Origin: Saprospiraceae bacterium
GTDB taxonomy: Bacteria; Bacteroidota; Bacteroidia; Chitinophagales; Saprospiraceae
Direction: 5' to 3'
NCBI GenBank assembly: GCA_020630525.1
Contig: JAHDBF010000003.1
Location: 1 to 57,828, forward strand
DNA: 57,828 nt
Part shown: positions 19,406 to 31,200 of the stretch, in pieces
How the letters are laid out: every line of letters begins with the position of its first letter
How positions within the stretch are numbered: the first letter of the stretch is position 1
The notes under the pieces: model-generated
Databases searched by the model: none
What the model saw: only the letters and a program-made list of their open reading frames with translations
Told to the model about the DNA's origin: nothing
Translations under genes and position numbers: made by a program

Positions 19406-19477
19406 TTAGATTCGATTAATAAAAAAAGAAACTTTATTGACTACTAAGTGGTTATAAGATTATAAAAAATAAGAAAA

Positions 19478-19867
19478 ATGGCATATTCTGAAAAAGTATT
19501 GGAACACTTTAAACACCCTAAAAATGTGGGGACTTTAGACAAATCTGCGAAAAACGTAGGTACAGGTTTAGTAGGTGCACCAGAATGTGGTGACGTAATG
19601 AGATTACAAATAGAAGTAGACGAATCTACGGGTAAGATCAATGACGCTAAATTCAAGACTTTTGGTTGTGGTTCCGCGATTGCTTCCTCATCTTTAGCTA
19701 CAGAGTGGTTAAAAGGAAAAAGCATTGACGAAGCATTAGCTATCGATAATATGACTATCGTAGAAGAACTGGCTTTACCTCCAGTAAAGATTCACTGTTC
19801 AGTTTTGGCAGAAGATGCCATTAAAAGTGCGATAGAAGATTATAAAAGTAAGAACCCAGTAGTATAA
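19478..19867 (+). CDS. iscU: Fe-S cluster assembly scaffold IscU
   Basis: HFKHPKNVG, GAPECGDVMRLQI, FKTFGCGSAIASSS and KIHCSVLAEDAIK. Confidence 0.95.
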   Translation: MAYSEKVLEHFKHPKNVGTLDKSAKNVGTGLVGAPECGDVMRLQIEVDESTGKINDAKFKTFGCGSAIASSSLATEWLKGKSIDEALAIDNMTIVEELALPPVKIHCSVLAEDAIKSAIEDYKSKNPVV

Positions 19868-20193
19868 TGTTATTCGTTGCAGACAGCGCTAAAGAAAAAA
19901 TCGCCGAACTCAGAAAAGACTCTAGTTTGGATGATGATTTTTTTATTAGAGTGAGTGTCACAAGTGGTGGATGCTCTGGATTAACTTATCAAATGGATTT
20001 TGATAATGAATCTAGAGATAAAGACCAAGTCTTTGAAGACAATGGAGTCAAAGTAGTAACAGACTTAAAATCCTTTTTATATCTATGTAATACGACTTTG
20101 GAATTTTCAAGTGGATTAGATGGAAAAGGATTTTACTTCAATAATCCTAATGCGGCTAGGACTTGTGGATGTGGAGAAAGTTTTGCTGTTTAA
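19867..20193 (+). CDS. iscA: Iron-sulfur cluster insertion protein (IscA/ErpA, HesB family)
   Basis: VTSGGCSGLTYQMDFD and the C-terminal CGCGESF. Confidence 0.9.
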   Translation: MLFVADSAKEKIAELRKDSSLDDDFFIRVSVTSGGCSGLTYQMDFDNESRDKDQVFEDNGVKVVTDLKSFLYLCNTTLEFSSGLDGKGFYFNNPNAARTCGCGESFAV

Positions 20194-20223
20194 TTAAGAC
20201 AATTTAATTGATAAAATATAGAG

Positions 20224-20250
20224 AACAGGCTCAGTAGGTCTGTTTTTTTT
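20224..20250 (+). terminator. Rho-independent terminator after iscSUA
   Basis: Stem aacaggc / ggtctgtt (one G.U pair), 7-nt loop, T-run. Confidence 0.65.
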
Positions 20251-20261
20251 GTGGTTATCGC

Positions 20262-20279
20262 AATAATTTTTTTATTATT
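20262..20279. promoter_or_regulatory. AT-rich inverted repeat AATAAT-N6-ATTATT upstream of the permease-repressor fusion gene
   Basis: Seen directly. It lies 38-55 nt upstream of the TTG start at 20317, and a GATAA-like hexamer (TTATCG) lies just upstream. It could be a metalloregulator operator but is low-complexity. Confidence 0.25.
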
Positions 20280-20316
20280 CTCAAATAATATTTAGATTAG
20301 TCTAAAAATAAAGCAA

Positions 20317-21579
20317 TTGGCAGAAATTTTAAGCATATTATCAGAGGGATTCGCAATTAGAGGTTTGATTACCTCTTGTATGGTGGGTGTTATGTGTGGT
20401 GTTTTGGGGACTTTCTTGGTTCTTAAGAATATGTCATTAATAGGAGATGCATTATCGCATGCTATTCTTCCTGGTGTTTTTGTTGCATTTATTGTTATTG
20501 GAGGCATCAGTACCGCTGGATTTTTTATCGGTTGTACAATAGCAGGGTTAATCGCAGCATTAAGTATCGCATGGATTCAGCAGAATATTCCGACTAAAAG
20601 TGATGCTGCCATTGGGATTATTTTTACGGCTATGTTTTCCATTGGGGTAATAGGTATTTCCTATTTGAGTAGACTAGAAGGTGGAGTGCATATAGATATG
20701 CAAGATTTTCTTTTTGGAAGTGTTCTAGGTATTTCTGACGAAGATATGTACTTGACATTCGGAATCATGTGTTATACCATCTTAAGTGTCGTTCTTTTCT
20801 ATAGATATTTATTTATAACTACGTTCCAAGCCACGATTGCAAAAACAATGGGCATTCCAGCAGAGGCATTACATTATTTTATTATGCTTTTATTGTCATT
20901 AGTAGTGGTGTCCTCTCTTGCTGCTGTCGGAGTTATTCTTGTAGTTGCTATGTTGGTTACTCCTGCGGCGACAGCCTTACTATTAAGTAATAAACTCAAA
21001 GTGGTCATACTTTTATCAGCAGTAATAGGAATGATTGCTTCATTTTTAGGCATGGTGGTAGCTGTAGTCTTTGATTTTCCTCCTGGTCCAAGTATTTGCG
21101 TTTCAGCAACAGCAATTTATTTTATTGCCGTTTTATTTTCTCCAGAAAATGGATTAATATTTAAAGGGATCAGAAATTATAAAGAAGCGAATAGAATAGA
21201 AAGAGAAGATATAGTAAAATATTTACTCAAAAACAAAGGGAGCAATATCCAGAATATAGGAGCATTTCTAGGTATTACTAGTAGGAAAATGAAGTCTTTA
21301 GTTAATGACCTAAAATCCTCAGGATTGGTTTCTGGTACGTATAATAATTTGGTTTTAAGTGATTCTGGAATTACCCAAGCCAATGAATTGGTCCGTGCGC
21401 ATAGACTTTGGGAAACGTATCAAGTTGAAGCGATGGGTGTTGCTCCAGATAAAATCCATTTGTATGCAGAAAACATGGAACATCACTTAAGTAAAGATAT
21501 CTTATCAGAAATTGAAGAGAAATTGGGCTATCCTACAGAAGATCCACATGGATCACCTATTCCACCCAGAAAAAATTAA
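20317..21579 (+). CDS. ABC-3 (ZnuB/MntB/TroC-type) metal transporter permease fused to a C-terminal DtxR/MntR-type repressor module
   Basis: - The first ~285 residues are a multipass permease ([24 protein letters not shown]).
- Residues ~295-420 have a winged-helix-like [26 protein letters not shown] followed by AHRLWETY...AENMEHHLS...DPHGSPIP, the DtxR metal-binding/dimerisation region.
- TTG start. Confidence 0.7.
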   Translation: MAEILSILSEGFAIRGLITSCMVGVMCGVLGTFLVLKNMSLIGDALSHAILPGVFVAFIVIGGISTAGFFIGCTIAGLIAALSIAWIQQNIPTKSDAAIGIIFTAMFSIGVIGISYLSRLEGGVHIDMQDFLFGSVLGISDEDMYLTFGIMCYTILSVVLFYRYLFITTFQATIAKTMGIPAEALHYFIMLLLSLVVVSSLAAVGVILVVAMLVTPAATALLLSNKLKVVILLSAVIGMIASFLGMVVAVVFDFPPGPSICVSATAIYFIAVLFSPENGLIFKGIRNYKEANRIEREDIVKYLLKNKGSNIQNIGAFLGITSRKMKSLVNDLKSSGLVSGTYNNLVLSDSGITQANELVRAHRLWETYQVEAMGVAPDKIHLYAENMEHHLSKDILSEIEEKLGYPTEDPHGSPIPPRKN

Positions 21580-22046
21580 TCTATAGACTGACATTTAGAA
21601 CAAATGCCATAAAGATTTAAATTGTGATGTGTCACTTGGAATTTCATAAGATCACTCATCATAGTTTTAATATTCTGAATTCTTGGATCACAGAATTCCA
21701 TTACATCTCCGCAACTAGTACAAATCAAATGGTCATGCTGCTTGTATCCATAAGATTTTTCATACTTAGCTAAGTTTTCTCCAAACTGAAGTCTAGTTAC
21801 TAAGTCACAACTTACTAAAAGCTCTAAAGTATTATAGACCGTAGCTCTTGAAACCCGGTAATTTTGGTTTTTCATATGCACATAAAGGGCTTCCGCATCA
21901 AAATGGTCTGCGCGTTTATAAATCTCTTCTAAAATGGCAAAACGTTCGGGAGTTTTTCTGAGACTATTTTTTTCAAGATGAACAGTAAAAATAGTTTTTA
22001 CATCCTTGATTAATTTGTCTAATGTTTCTCCAGTAACTACTTCCAT
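21576..22046 (-). CDS. fur: Fur family metalloregulator (Fur/Zur/PerR; subfamily not resolved)
   Basis: [11 protein letters not shown] (DNA-binding helix), HDHLIC..CG...F and a C-terminal CSKC zinc site. It starts 4 nt downstream of the rel stop. Confidence 0.7.
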   Translation of the reverse strand: MEVVTGETLDKLIKDVKTIFTVHLEKNSLRKTPERFAILEEIYKRADHFDAEALYVHMKNQNYRVSRATVYNTLELLVSCDLVTRLQFGENLAKYEKSYGYKQHDHLICTSCGDVMEFCDPRIQNIKTMMSDLMKFQVTHHNLNLYGICSKCQSID

Positions 22047-22050
22047 AACC

Positions 22051-24285
22051 TTATTTTTCTACTCTTTTCACAGATTGAATACCATCTATTCTTTTTATAG
22101 CATTTAATGTTTGTGCAAGATGATTCTTGTTCGTTACAAACAAACTGATTTTACCTTCAAAGATACCCTCTAATCCTTCAATATTAAATGACCTGATGTT
22201 TATCCCTAAGTTATTTGATATTTCGCTAGTAATAGATTGTATTACTCCGACACCAGTATCTACGCCTGTAATCTCTAGATCAACAATAAAGTTGGTCTTT
22301 AAGTTATCTCTCCACTCTGCTTTTAACACCCTATAACCATAATTCGCTAAAAGGTGAGTGGCATTTTTACACACTGTTCTATGGATTTTCATCCCAGTAG
22401 TGGCTGTTAAATAAGCAAAAATATCATCACCCTGTACTGGCTTACAGCAGTTTGCCAATTCAAATTGATATCGAGCTGCACTTTCTCCATCAATCAAAAT
22501 ATTGGAGGCTTTCTCATCAAATTTTCGATTAGAATTACTTACTAAAGTTTCTTTTGGTGGTTGTACGCCTCCTGGATTTACTTCATTATCAGATTGTGAT
22601 TCAGGAACAAAGAGTTTCGCATTTTTTACTTCAAAAATTTTAAATTCTGATAATTTAAGCGCATCTGTAGCAATCGCATAATACAAATCTGGCCTGCTTA
22701 TAAAACCAAAATGTTTTACTAAGAAATCCATATTCTCTTCAAAGTCTGCTTTCATATTTCTCAACTTCCTACCCAAAGCCTCTTTACCAATTTCACCAGC
22801 TTTTCTCCTTTCCTCTTTCATAGCAGATCTAATCTTAGACCTTGCTTTTCCGGTAACCACCATTTTTAACCAAGATTCATTCGGCTTTTGATTTTTACTG
22901 GTAATTACATGAAGTTGATCTCCATTGGAAAGCTTGTATCCCATTGGCACCAACTTATTGTTGACTTTTATAGATTGCGCCCTATAGCCCACATCCGAGT
23001 GAATATCAAAAGCAAAATCCAATGCAGTTGCTCCTTTTGGTAAGATTTTCATTTCTCCAGCGGGAGTGTAAACGTAAACTTCTTCTTTAAAAAGATTGGA
23101 TTTAAAATCGTTTAAAAACTCTAATGCATCGGTATGCTGAGAATCCAATATTTCTCGGATATTATTCAACCATTTGTCATAGACACTAGTATCACTATTT
23201 ACTCCTTTGTACTTCCAATGTGCAGCAAAACCTCGTTCTGCAATGTCGTCCATTCTCTCTGACCTAATCTGTACTTCTACATATCTTCCATTTGGTCCCA
23301 CCACCGTAGTATGGAGAGATTCATATCCATTTCCTTTTGGCGTTGTCACCCAATCTTTTAATCGTTCAGGAATAGGTTGATACACATCTGTAATGATGCT
23401 ATAAGTCTGCCAACAACTATTTTTTTCTTTTTCTTTTTTGACATCTAATATGATTCTTACAGCGAATAAGTCATATATTTCTTCAAAGCTTACGCCTTTC
23501 GTTTTAATCTTATTGTAAATAGAAAATATTGCTTTAGGCCTACCCATAATCCGATAGGGTAGATTGAATTCATCAAGCTTATCCTCTATTGGACGCATAA
23601 ATTCGGCAATATATTTTTGCCTTTCATCTTCAGAACTAGCCAGTTTATTGCTAATATCTTGATAAGTCTCTGGTTCGTTAATGCTGAGAATAATATCTTG
23701 AAATTCCGTTTTAATACTGTATAATCCCAACCTATGGGCAAGTGGAGCGTAGATATAAGAAGTTTCTGCTGCGATTTTCAATTGTTTGTGGCGTGGCATC
23801 GCCCCAATTGTACGCAGATTGTGTACTCTGTCTGCCATTTTTATTAATACAACACGGACATCTTGGGTAAGTGTAGACACCACTTTCTTAAAATTTTCCG
23901 CTTGTGGATTCTCAACAGCATACAATCCATCTAACTTTGTCAATCCATCTACGATCAAGGTAATCTTAGGATTAAAAGCCTCATCAACGTCGTTCAATGT
24001 ATATTTTGTATCTTCTACTACATCGTGTAAAATTGCACAAATAACAGCAGTAGGTCCTAAGCCAATTTCTTCAAAACAGATTCTAGCAACTTCTAGTGGA
24101 TGGAGGATATAAGGTTCTCCAGATTTCCTTCTCTGCGTCCAATGACCATCCAAAGCCATTTCAAAAGCTTTGTCAAGCAATGCTTTATCATCGTCTGTAC
24201 ACTTTGACTCTAATTTGTGAAACAACTTTTGATACGTTGCTTTTACAACTATAAGTTCTTCATCATTTATCGCTAATCTTGCCAA
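22051..24285 (-). CDS. rel: Bifunctional (p)ppGpp synthetase/hydrolase, RelA/SpoT homolog
   Basis: HD hydrolase domain (HPLEVA...LHDVVEDT), synthetase domain (GRPK.IFSIYNK...[18 protein letters not shown]), TGS (VYVYTPAGE) and a C-terminal ACT-like domain. Confidence 0.9.
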   Translation of the reverse strand: MARLAINDEELIVVKATYQKLFHKLESKCTDDDKALLDKAFEMALDGHWTQRRKSGEPYILHPLEVARICFEEIGLGPTAVICAILHDVVEDTKYTLNDVDEAFNPKITLIVDGLTKLDGLYAVENPQAENFKKVVSTLTQDVRVVLIKMADRVHNLRTIGAMPRHKQLKIAAETSYIYAPLAHRLGLYSIKTEFQDIILSINEPETYQDISNKLASSEDERQKYIAEFMRPIEDKLDEFNLPYRIMGRPKAIFSIYNKIKTKGVSFEEIYDLFAVRIILDVKKEKEKNSCWQTYSIITDVYQPIPERLKDWVTTPKGNGYESLHTTVVGPNGRYVEVQIRSERMDDIAERGFAAHWKYKGVNSDTSVYDKWLNNIREILDSQHTDALEFLNDFKSNLFKEEVYVYTPAGEMKILPKGATALDFAFDIHSDVGYRAQSIKVNNKLVPMGYKLSNGDQLHVITSKNQKPNESWLKMVVTGKARSKIRSAMKEERRKAGEIGKEALGRKLRNMKADFEENMDFLVKHFGFISRPDLYYAIATDALKLSEFKIFEVKNAKLFVPESQSDNEVNPGGVQPPKETLVSNSNRKFDEKASNILIDGESAARYQFELANCCKPVQGDDIFAYLTATTGMKIHRTVCKNATHLLANYGYRVLKAEWRDNLKTNFIVDLEITGVDTGVGVIQSITSEISNNLGINIRSFNIEGLEGIFEGKISLFVTNKNHLAQTLNAIKRIDGIQSVKRVEK

Positions 24286-24600
24286 TATGGATACTTTTTA
24301 AAATTAAATTGTAATTAGTCCTTTGTGTTAATACAAATTTTAGTCCATCTAGTGGAATTAAACTTCTCGATTCAAAAATACAGACATTCTTATTTATATG
24401 AGCAACATTATGTTTAGAGTCTGAATAACAGAATGCATTAATGTTGAATGTAGTGATTTATCCAATTTATAAGCCTTATTAATGATAATTCTATCCCATA
24501 ATCAATGCTTTTCCTATTATTTCAATAAAATTATTTCAATTTTGATTTAATTCGTTGCCCTATATTCAAAAAGAATATATCTTTGCCGACTCTTTGAAAT

Positions 24601-24682
24601 GCGGGTGTGATGGAATTGGTAGACATGCTAGACTTAGGATCTAGTGCTTAACGGCGTGGGGGTTCGACTCCCTCCATCCGCA
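24601..24682 (+). tRNA. tRNA-Leu (anticodon TAG), class II with long variable arm, no encoded CCA
   Basis: - Acceptor stem gcgggtg/catccgc.
- Anticodon stem ctaga/tctag with loop cTTAGga.
- T-arm ggggg-ttcgact-ccctc.
- Discriminator A. Confidence 0.9.
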
Positions 24683-24734
24683 CTCTTCAAAGATCTAATC
24701 TTATTATATCTTAACTGCTCCGGTAAAAATTAAC

Positions 24735-26105
24735 ATGAAGATAGATTATAACAAAGTAGATTCCTTAACTGCGAATCTCAAGGTTTTTATTGCCAAAGAC
24801 GATTATTTGAAAGAATTCAATGATGAAATTAAAAAGCATAGAGGTAAAGCTCAGCTTAAAGGTTTCCGAAAAGGCAAAACACCTGCAAACTATATAAAGA
24901 AATTATACGGAGATCAAGTACTTTCTGAATTGATTAACAAAAAAGCAATCAATGGAATGTATGAATATCTTACTGAAAATAAGATCGAAACGATTCTCGA
25001 TCCTATATTAAGCGATGATTTTGATCCAGTAACCATATCATATAAAAATCTTGTTGATTTCGAATTTCAATTTGAATTAGCATTAATGCCAGAGTTGAAG
25101 CTAGAGGGCGCAGATGCAAATGATGAGTACATTAGGTATAATGTAGTCCCGACACCAGAAGAACTAGAAGAAAATTTAGATAAGATAGCAACTCAATTAG
25201 GAGAAAGAAATACAGTTAAGGAAGATATACAAGATAAAGATATCGTAACCTTAATGGCTGATGTTTTGCTTACTGATGAAGAAGGATTAACAGAACCAAT
25301 AGAAGCAGAAATAAAAGTATTGGTGTCAGATTGTACAGAAGATTTCCAAGAAGCAATAAAAAAATTAAAATTTAATGATGCTATAGATTGGTCAATGGCT
25401 AATTTGGAAGGCAAAGACGAAGCTTTTGTGAGAAAGTTTTATCTCAAGATGGAAGAAAATGATCTTAGAACGTATAATGATGACATAAAAGCAAGCATTG
25501 TAAATGTGGAGCGTATGTCAAAAATGGAAATTGGCGAACCATTGTTCAAGAAAATGTTTCCAAAAGAGGAATTTACCACTAAAGATCAAGTCATCGAGAA
25601 ACTAGCCGAAAACACAACTGCTGAGCACTTAAATGTCAGCAATAGCGTGATGTATAGAGGAATGATGACAAAAATGATGGAAAAATCATCAGTTGAATTA
25701 AATGAAGAATTCCTGTTAAAATGGGCAAAAAGTTCAAACGCTTTGAAACCTGATGGAGATGAAGATGAATTTTTAAAATACTTTAAAGAAGAGATTAAGT
25801 GGAATCTTATTAAGACAGCACTTTTGAAAAAATTTGACATTAAAGTAGAAGAGGAAGAAATATTAGAACAAGCAAAGGAACAAGTTAAGGGGTACTTTGG
25901 TTATAGTGTTGCTGATAATGACCAATACATTGGTATGATCGCTCAAAATCTATTAAATGATAAAGAGCAAAGAAGAAAACTTTATGACGAAGCACTTTCT
26001 TTAAAAATGTATCGTGCATTGCAAGCAGATGTAAAAATCAAAGTTGAAAATAAATCTTTAAAAGAGTTTTACGATATTGTCGAAGAACTGAAACAAAAAC
26101 AATAA
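24735..26105 (+). CDS. tig: Trigger factor
   Basis: N-terminal ribosome-binding signature GFRKGKTP. 456 aa with acidic, helical composition, positioned ahead of clpP-clpX. Confidence 0.85.
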   Translation: MKIDYNKVDSLTANLKVFIAKDDYLKEFNDEIKKHRGKAQLKGFRKGKTPANYIKKLYGDQVLSELINKKAINGMYEYLTENKIETILDPILSDDFDPVTISYKNLVDFEFQFELALMPELKLEGADANDEYIRYNVVPTPEELEENLDKIATQLGERNTVKEDIQDKDIVTLMADVLLTDEEGLTEPIEAEIKVLVSDCTEDFQEAIKKLKFNDAIDWSMANLEGKDEAFVRKFYLKMEENDLRTYNDDIKASIVNVERMSKMEIGEPLFKKMFPKEEFTTKDQVIEKLAENTTAEHLNVSNSVMYRGMMTKMMEKSSVELNEEFLLKWAKSSNALKPDGDEDEFLKYFKEEIKWNLIKTALLKKFDIKVEEEEILEQAKEQVKGYFGYSVADNDQYIGMIAQNLLNDKEQRRKLYDEALSLKMYRALQADVKIKVENKSLKEFYDIVEELKQKQ

Positions 26106-26108
26106 TCT

Positions 26109-26816
26109 ATGTTTCCAAGAGATGAATTTAGAAAATATGCAGTGAATCATTTAGGTATGACTAGCTCATATCTTGAAGATTATATGAAAAAGTCGATGAC
26201 TGGGATTCCTCAAATTGACGGATTTACGCCCCAAGTTATTGAAGAAAGACAAATGAATATTGTTGGTATGGATGTATTCTCCAGACTGATGATGGACAGA
26301 ATTATATTCTTAGGCGTAGGTATCAATGATTATGTTGCCAATGTTATCCAAGCACAATTATTATTCCTAGAATCCACAGACCCTAGCAGAGATATCCAAT
26401 TATTTCTAAATAGTCCAGGTGGATCAGTTATTGCTGGACTAGGTATATACGATACCATGCAATATGTTGGTCCAGATGTAGGAACTATATGTACAGGATT
26501 AGCAGCTTCTATGGGGGCAGTTTTATTATGTGCAGGGACAAAGGGTAAAAGAACATGCCTAAAGCATAGTAGAGTGATGATTCACCAACCTTCTGGTGGA
26601 ATGCAAGGGCAGTTTACGGATATGGAGATTTCTTACAACTTAATCAAAGAACTAAGAAAAGAATTATACGATATCTTAGCAGAAAATACTGGACAAACGT
26701 TCAAGAAAATAGAAGCAGATAGCGAAAGAGATAAATGGATGACCGCAGCTCAAGCTAAAGATTACGGTCTAGTAGATGAAGTATTAGAAAGAAAAAATCA
26801 GAAAAAATCTAAGTAA
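26109..26816 (+). CDS. clpP: ATP-dependent Clp protease proteolytic subunit ClpP
   Basis: DRIIFLG, NSPGGSV, catalytic Ser in GLAASMGAVLL and His in RVMIHQP. Carries an N-terminal extension (FRKYAVNHLGM). Confidence 0.95.
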   Translation: MFPRDEFRKYAVNHLGMTSSYLEDYMKKSMTGIPQIDGFTPQVIEERQMNIVGMDVFSRLMMDRIIFLGVGINDYVANVIQAQLLFLESTDPSRDIQLFLNSPGGSVIAGLGIYDTMQYVGPDVGTICTGLAASMGAVLLCAGTKGKRTCLKHSRVMIHQPSGGMQGQFTDMEISYNLIKELRKELYDILAENTGQTFKKIEADSERDKWMTAAQAKDYGLVDEVLERKNQKKSK

Positions 26817-26833
26817 ACCACAATTAAGCTACT

Positions 26834-28066
26834 TTGAAAAATAAAACACAAGAGCATTGCTCATTTTGCGGAAAAAGTAAAAAAGAAACAGTAATTCTTA
26901 TTGCTGGAATAGAAGCACACATATGTGAATCTTGTGTTGGTCAGGCGCATGAAATTCTTGGTGAAGAAATGATTAGTCGAGCTCCAAAAACCGACGAGTT
27001 TGTCCTACCAGAATCTAATACGCCAAAAAAAATCAAAGAATATTTAGATCAATATGTCATCGGACAAGATGATGCAAAAAAACACCTCGCAGTTTCAGTA
27101 TACAATCATTACAAAAGATTGAATCAAAATGATGCTGACGATGTTGAAATTCAGAAGTCTAATATCTTATTTATCGGTTCGACAGGAACTGGAAAAACTT
27201 TAATGGCAAAATCTATAGCCAAACTTCTAAGTGTACCGTTTACCATTGTTGATGCCACTATATTTACCGAAGCAGGATATGTTGGCGAAGACGTAGAAAG
27301 TATGCTAAGTAGATTATTACAAGCCTGTGATTACAATGTAGAGGCTGCTCAAAAAGGAATTGTGTATATCGATGAAATTGATAAAATTGCAAGAAAAAAC
27401 GATAATCCTTCAATAACTAGAGATGTTTCTGGAGAAGGCGTTCAGCAAGCATTATTAAAAATGTTGGAGGGTACAGATGTTAATGTCCCACCACAAGGAG
27501 GAAGAAAGCATCCAGAACAAAAAATGATCAGAGTAAATACCAGTAACATCCTATTTATCTGTGGTGGTGCATTTGATGGAATGGATAAAGTGATAGCAAG
27601 ACGGTTAAATACTCAAGTAATCGGCTTTGATAAAAGTAAAACAGAGCATTTAGACAAAGAGAACATGATCCAATACGTAAATCATCAAGATTTAAAACGT
27701 TTTGGTTTAATTCCTGAGCTTATCGGAAGATTGCCAGTCCTGACCTATTTAAACCCATTAGATAAAGAAGCACTAAAAAGAATTTTAGTAGAGCCAAAAA
27801 ATTCAATTGTAAAACAATACAAGAGATTATTCGAATTAGAGAACAATCTTTTAGAATTTACACCTGAGGCATTAGAACTAATTGCCCAAAAAGCAATAGA
27901 TTATAGCTTGGGAGCAAGAGGCCTAAGATCGATCTGTGAAGCTGTATTAACTGATGCTATGTTTGAATATCCTTCCTTTAACGAAAGCAAAGAATTGGTC
28001 GTTACGGCTGAATATGTAGCCGATAAATTGGCAAAATCAAAGCTTCAAAAATTAAAAGTGGCCTAA
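26834..28066 (+). CDS. clpX: ATP-dependent Clp protease ATP-binding subunit ClpX
   Basis: Zinc finger CSFCGK...C..C, Walker A GSTGTGKT, Walker [10 protein letters not shown] and GARGLRS. TTG start. Confidence 0.95.
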   Translation: MKNKTQEHCSFCGKSKKETVILIAGIEAHICESCVGQAHEILGEEMISRAPKTDEFVLPESNTPKKIKEYLDQYVIGQDDAKKHLAVSVYNHYKRLNQNDADDVEIQKSNILFIGSTGTGKTLMAKSIAKLLSVPFTIVDATIFTEAGYVGEDVESMLSRLLQACDYNVEAAQKGIVYIDEIDKIARKNDNPSITRDVSGEGVQQALLKMLEGTDVNVPPQGGRKHPEQKMIRVNTSNILFICGGAFDGMDKVIARRLNTQVIGFDKSKTEHLDKENMIQYVNHQDLKRFGLIPELIGRLPVLTYLNPLDKEALKRILVEPKNSIVKQYKRLFELENNLLEFTPEALELIAQKAIDYSLGARGLRSICEAVLTDAMFEYPSFNESKELVVTAEYVADKLAKSKLQKLKVA

Positions 28067-28247
28067 AACCCATACTTCTAAGGCATTGATTTACAGTATT
28101 ATATACATATATCAACTACACATATAATAAAAATCAATATTTTTTTCTGTTTTTGTAATATTTGTAATCTTTTTTGTGAAGAATCCAATTCTTCTTGCAT
28201 ACCTTTACACTTAAATCAGTAAATAACCAAAACTCAAAAACAGTCTC

Positions 28248-31200
28248 ATGAAAAGAATCATAACCCTGACTCTTTTGCACATGTTGATAACTAACATGTG
28301 TTATTCTCAATGTCAGATCAGTTGTAATGATCTGATTAACATTTCTTTAGACCTAGGATGTGACGCCGAAATAACTGTAGATATGGTCTACGAAGGCAGT
28401 TATGATCCAGCTTGTAATTTCTTTGTAGTATTAGACGGGATCGGTGGAAACATGATCGATGCACCAGGCAATTATACTTATAGACTTTATAGCCCAGAAG
28501 GGAATTTTTGCTGGGGAGAAATCTTAGCAGAAGATAAAGAATTACCTGCGCCAAATTGTACTTGCGAATCCGCATTTATTGATAATGGTGCTGGTGTTTT
28601 AGTTCCAGACCCGAATTGTACATTTAGATGCTATGATGTTTGGGATTTAGAAATTTTAGAAGCCGATGGTGGTAATAATGAACTTTTACCTGATGTAGAT
28701 GATAATCTGCCATCTGATAATTGCCTTGTTTTCGATGATCCAGCAATCAATATTTCTATATTTGATGGAGCTAATTGTGAAGACAAAATAGTCAGAAGAC
28801 AGATCATTTATTCTTATCCTAATTGGGATGGAACAACTGGTTATGTAGAATGTAATCAGGAATTTTTATTTCAAAGCATTGATGTAGCAAGTTTAGGATC
28901 AACAACAGACGGTGTATGGCCAAACAACCCTGATGAAGGTAACTTTGACTATTATACACCACAAGAGTTTGTAGATATGCCTTGTGGGTCAGAAACTACT
29001 CCTGCTGCGATTGTCGCTCACTTTGATCTTGATACTCCTGGAAGACCAGCAGGAAAAGATAGAGACGATTATGATAATACACCAAATATTGTAGAATTCA
29101 ATGAAGGATATGCTTATGCTTACCCTTATGTTGTTGTTCAAGGATGGAGAGGAAACTATCATGCAAAACCTATTATCAATAACATTTGCAATATTTATGC
29201 AAGTTATACTGATGACAATATAGATGGTTGTGGTGTAGGCTGTAAAGGCAATGAAAAGGTTTTAAGAATGTGGACTATTTTAGATTGGTGTACATCTACT
29301 ACTTTAGAATTTACGCAAATAATATCGACAAAAGATATCGAAGCACCAACAGTAAGTCAAGGGGATTTAACTTATAGCGTAGATCCTTGGAGCTGTGCAA
29401 GAAATATTGAATTTCCAGCACCAGAACATTTACATGATAATTGTGATTCAGATTTATCTTATGGTATTATAGCACCTACAGGAATCTCAATTAATGGGAA
29501 TACTGCTTACGATGTACCAAAAGGTATACATACATTTTACTACACTGCAACAGATTGTTGTGGTAACGTTGGATCATCTGCTGTTCAAGTAAGCATAAAT
29601 GATCTTACTCCACCAACAGCAATTACAGTTGAGCACATTGTTCTTAATCTTACAAATGATGTTGATGCAGATGGTATTGCAAAATTATATGCACAATATG
29701 CAGATAATGGAAGCCACGATGGTTGTGGTCCTGTACACTTAGAGATAAGAAGAGTTGAGGATATCTGTGGATTTGTTGGTAATACAACATTCAATAATGA
29801 TAACCATTCTAATGATGATATCAATGATCCTGATGGTGGTGATTATGTAAAGTTCTGTTGTGAAGATGTAGATCCTACAAATATTGATTCTATCACAGGA
29901 AATGCATTTGGTGAAGTAGATGTAATACTTAGAGTTTGGGATGATGGTGATATGGATGGAACATTCGGTACTGCTGGAGATAATTATAACGAATCTTGGC
30001 TTACAGTAAGAGTTGAAGATAAATTAGATCCAATTGTAGTATGTCCGCCACATGTTATTATGGAGTGTGATGAAGATTTCTTAGATTACGATTTTACAGG
30101 AGTTCCTGTAGTATTCAATACTTGTAGTGAAGGTGTTTGTGAAATTACAGACAACAATCCTAGAGATCAATTCCAAAAGAAATCAACAAACGCACAACCT
30201 TTACAAGGTGTAGAAGTTCCTGCATATAATCCAAGTTGTAGATCTGGAGCTATCAAAAGAACATGGACTTGTGGAGAAAAGACTTGTGTACAATGGATTA
30301 TTGTTAATGAAGAGCCAAACCAAACTTTGGTTGTTGATTATCCAGAAGATCAAGAAGTTACTTGTAGCGACTTTGATGCTGGCGAACCAACTTATACTGA
30401 CCAACAATGTGAATTGATTGGAGTTAATATGGAAAGTGATACTTTCTTTTTTGAAGATGGTGCTTGCTTTAAAGTATTAAACCATTGGACAGTTATTAAC
30501 TGGTGTGATTACGATGCAGAAGATACGGATTTAAATGAGATTACAGAGCCAACTGATGATGGTGTTGTTCCTGGAATTTCAACGCATACTCAAGTGATCA
30601 AAATGGTTGATGATGTTAGACCAGAATTAGTAATCCAAGATACTTGTTTTGCGGTAACTGTTGACTGTACAAGCGAAAACCTAGTATTAAAAGCAACAGC
30701 AACGGATAACGGTGCTTGCGGAAGCCCATGGTTAAAGTGGGAAGTTGAAGTTGATGCTTGGTCGGATTGGGATGTTGATTGGACTTATAGCAGTTTCTTA
30801 CCTGCAGATAATGATTATTATATTAATCCAACCGCTGGTTCAGGGAGCTTCAGTGCACCTACAGCCAACGGAGAATCTGTTTGTATCGCATTACCTGATG
30901 GTATTCCAAGTGCTTGTGGATTACCGCACAGAGTGTTATGGAAAGTACATGATGGTTGCGGAAACACAACTACGGGAACTTCATACTTCACTGTGGAAGA
31001 TAAGAAAAAGCCTACACCATATTGCTTAAATCTTTCTACTGCATTAATGGTAGATGGTTCTGTAGAATTATGGGCTAGAGATTTCAATGCAGGAAGCTTT
31101 GACAACTGTACTGAGCAAGATTATCTTAAATATACTTTCTCTAGTGTTGTTCCTGCTCAGTTATTAGACGATTCATTAGATCCTTGGTATGATGCCGATG

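Noticed and set aside
24601-24682. tRNA-Leu as a possible integration site of a genomic island containing the giant genes.
   Set aside because: - No integrase or recombinase, no direct repeat of the tRNA 3' end that I could find, and no obvious compositional shift.
- The genes immediately downstream are the conserved tig-clpP-clpX operon.
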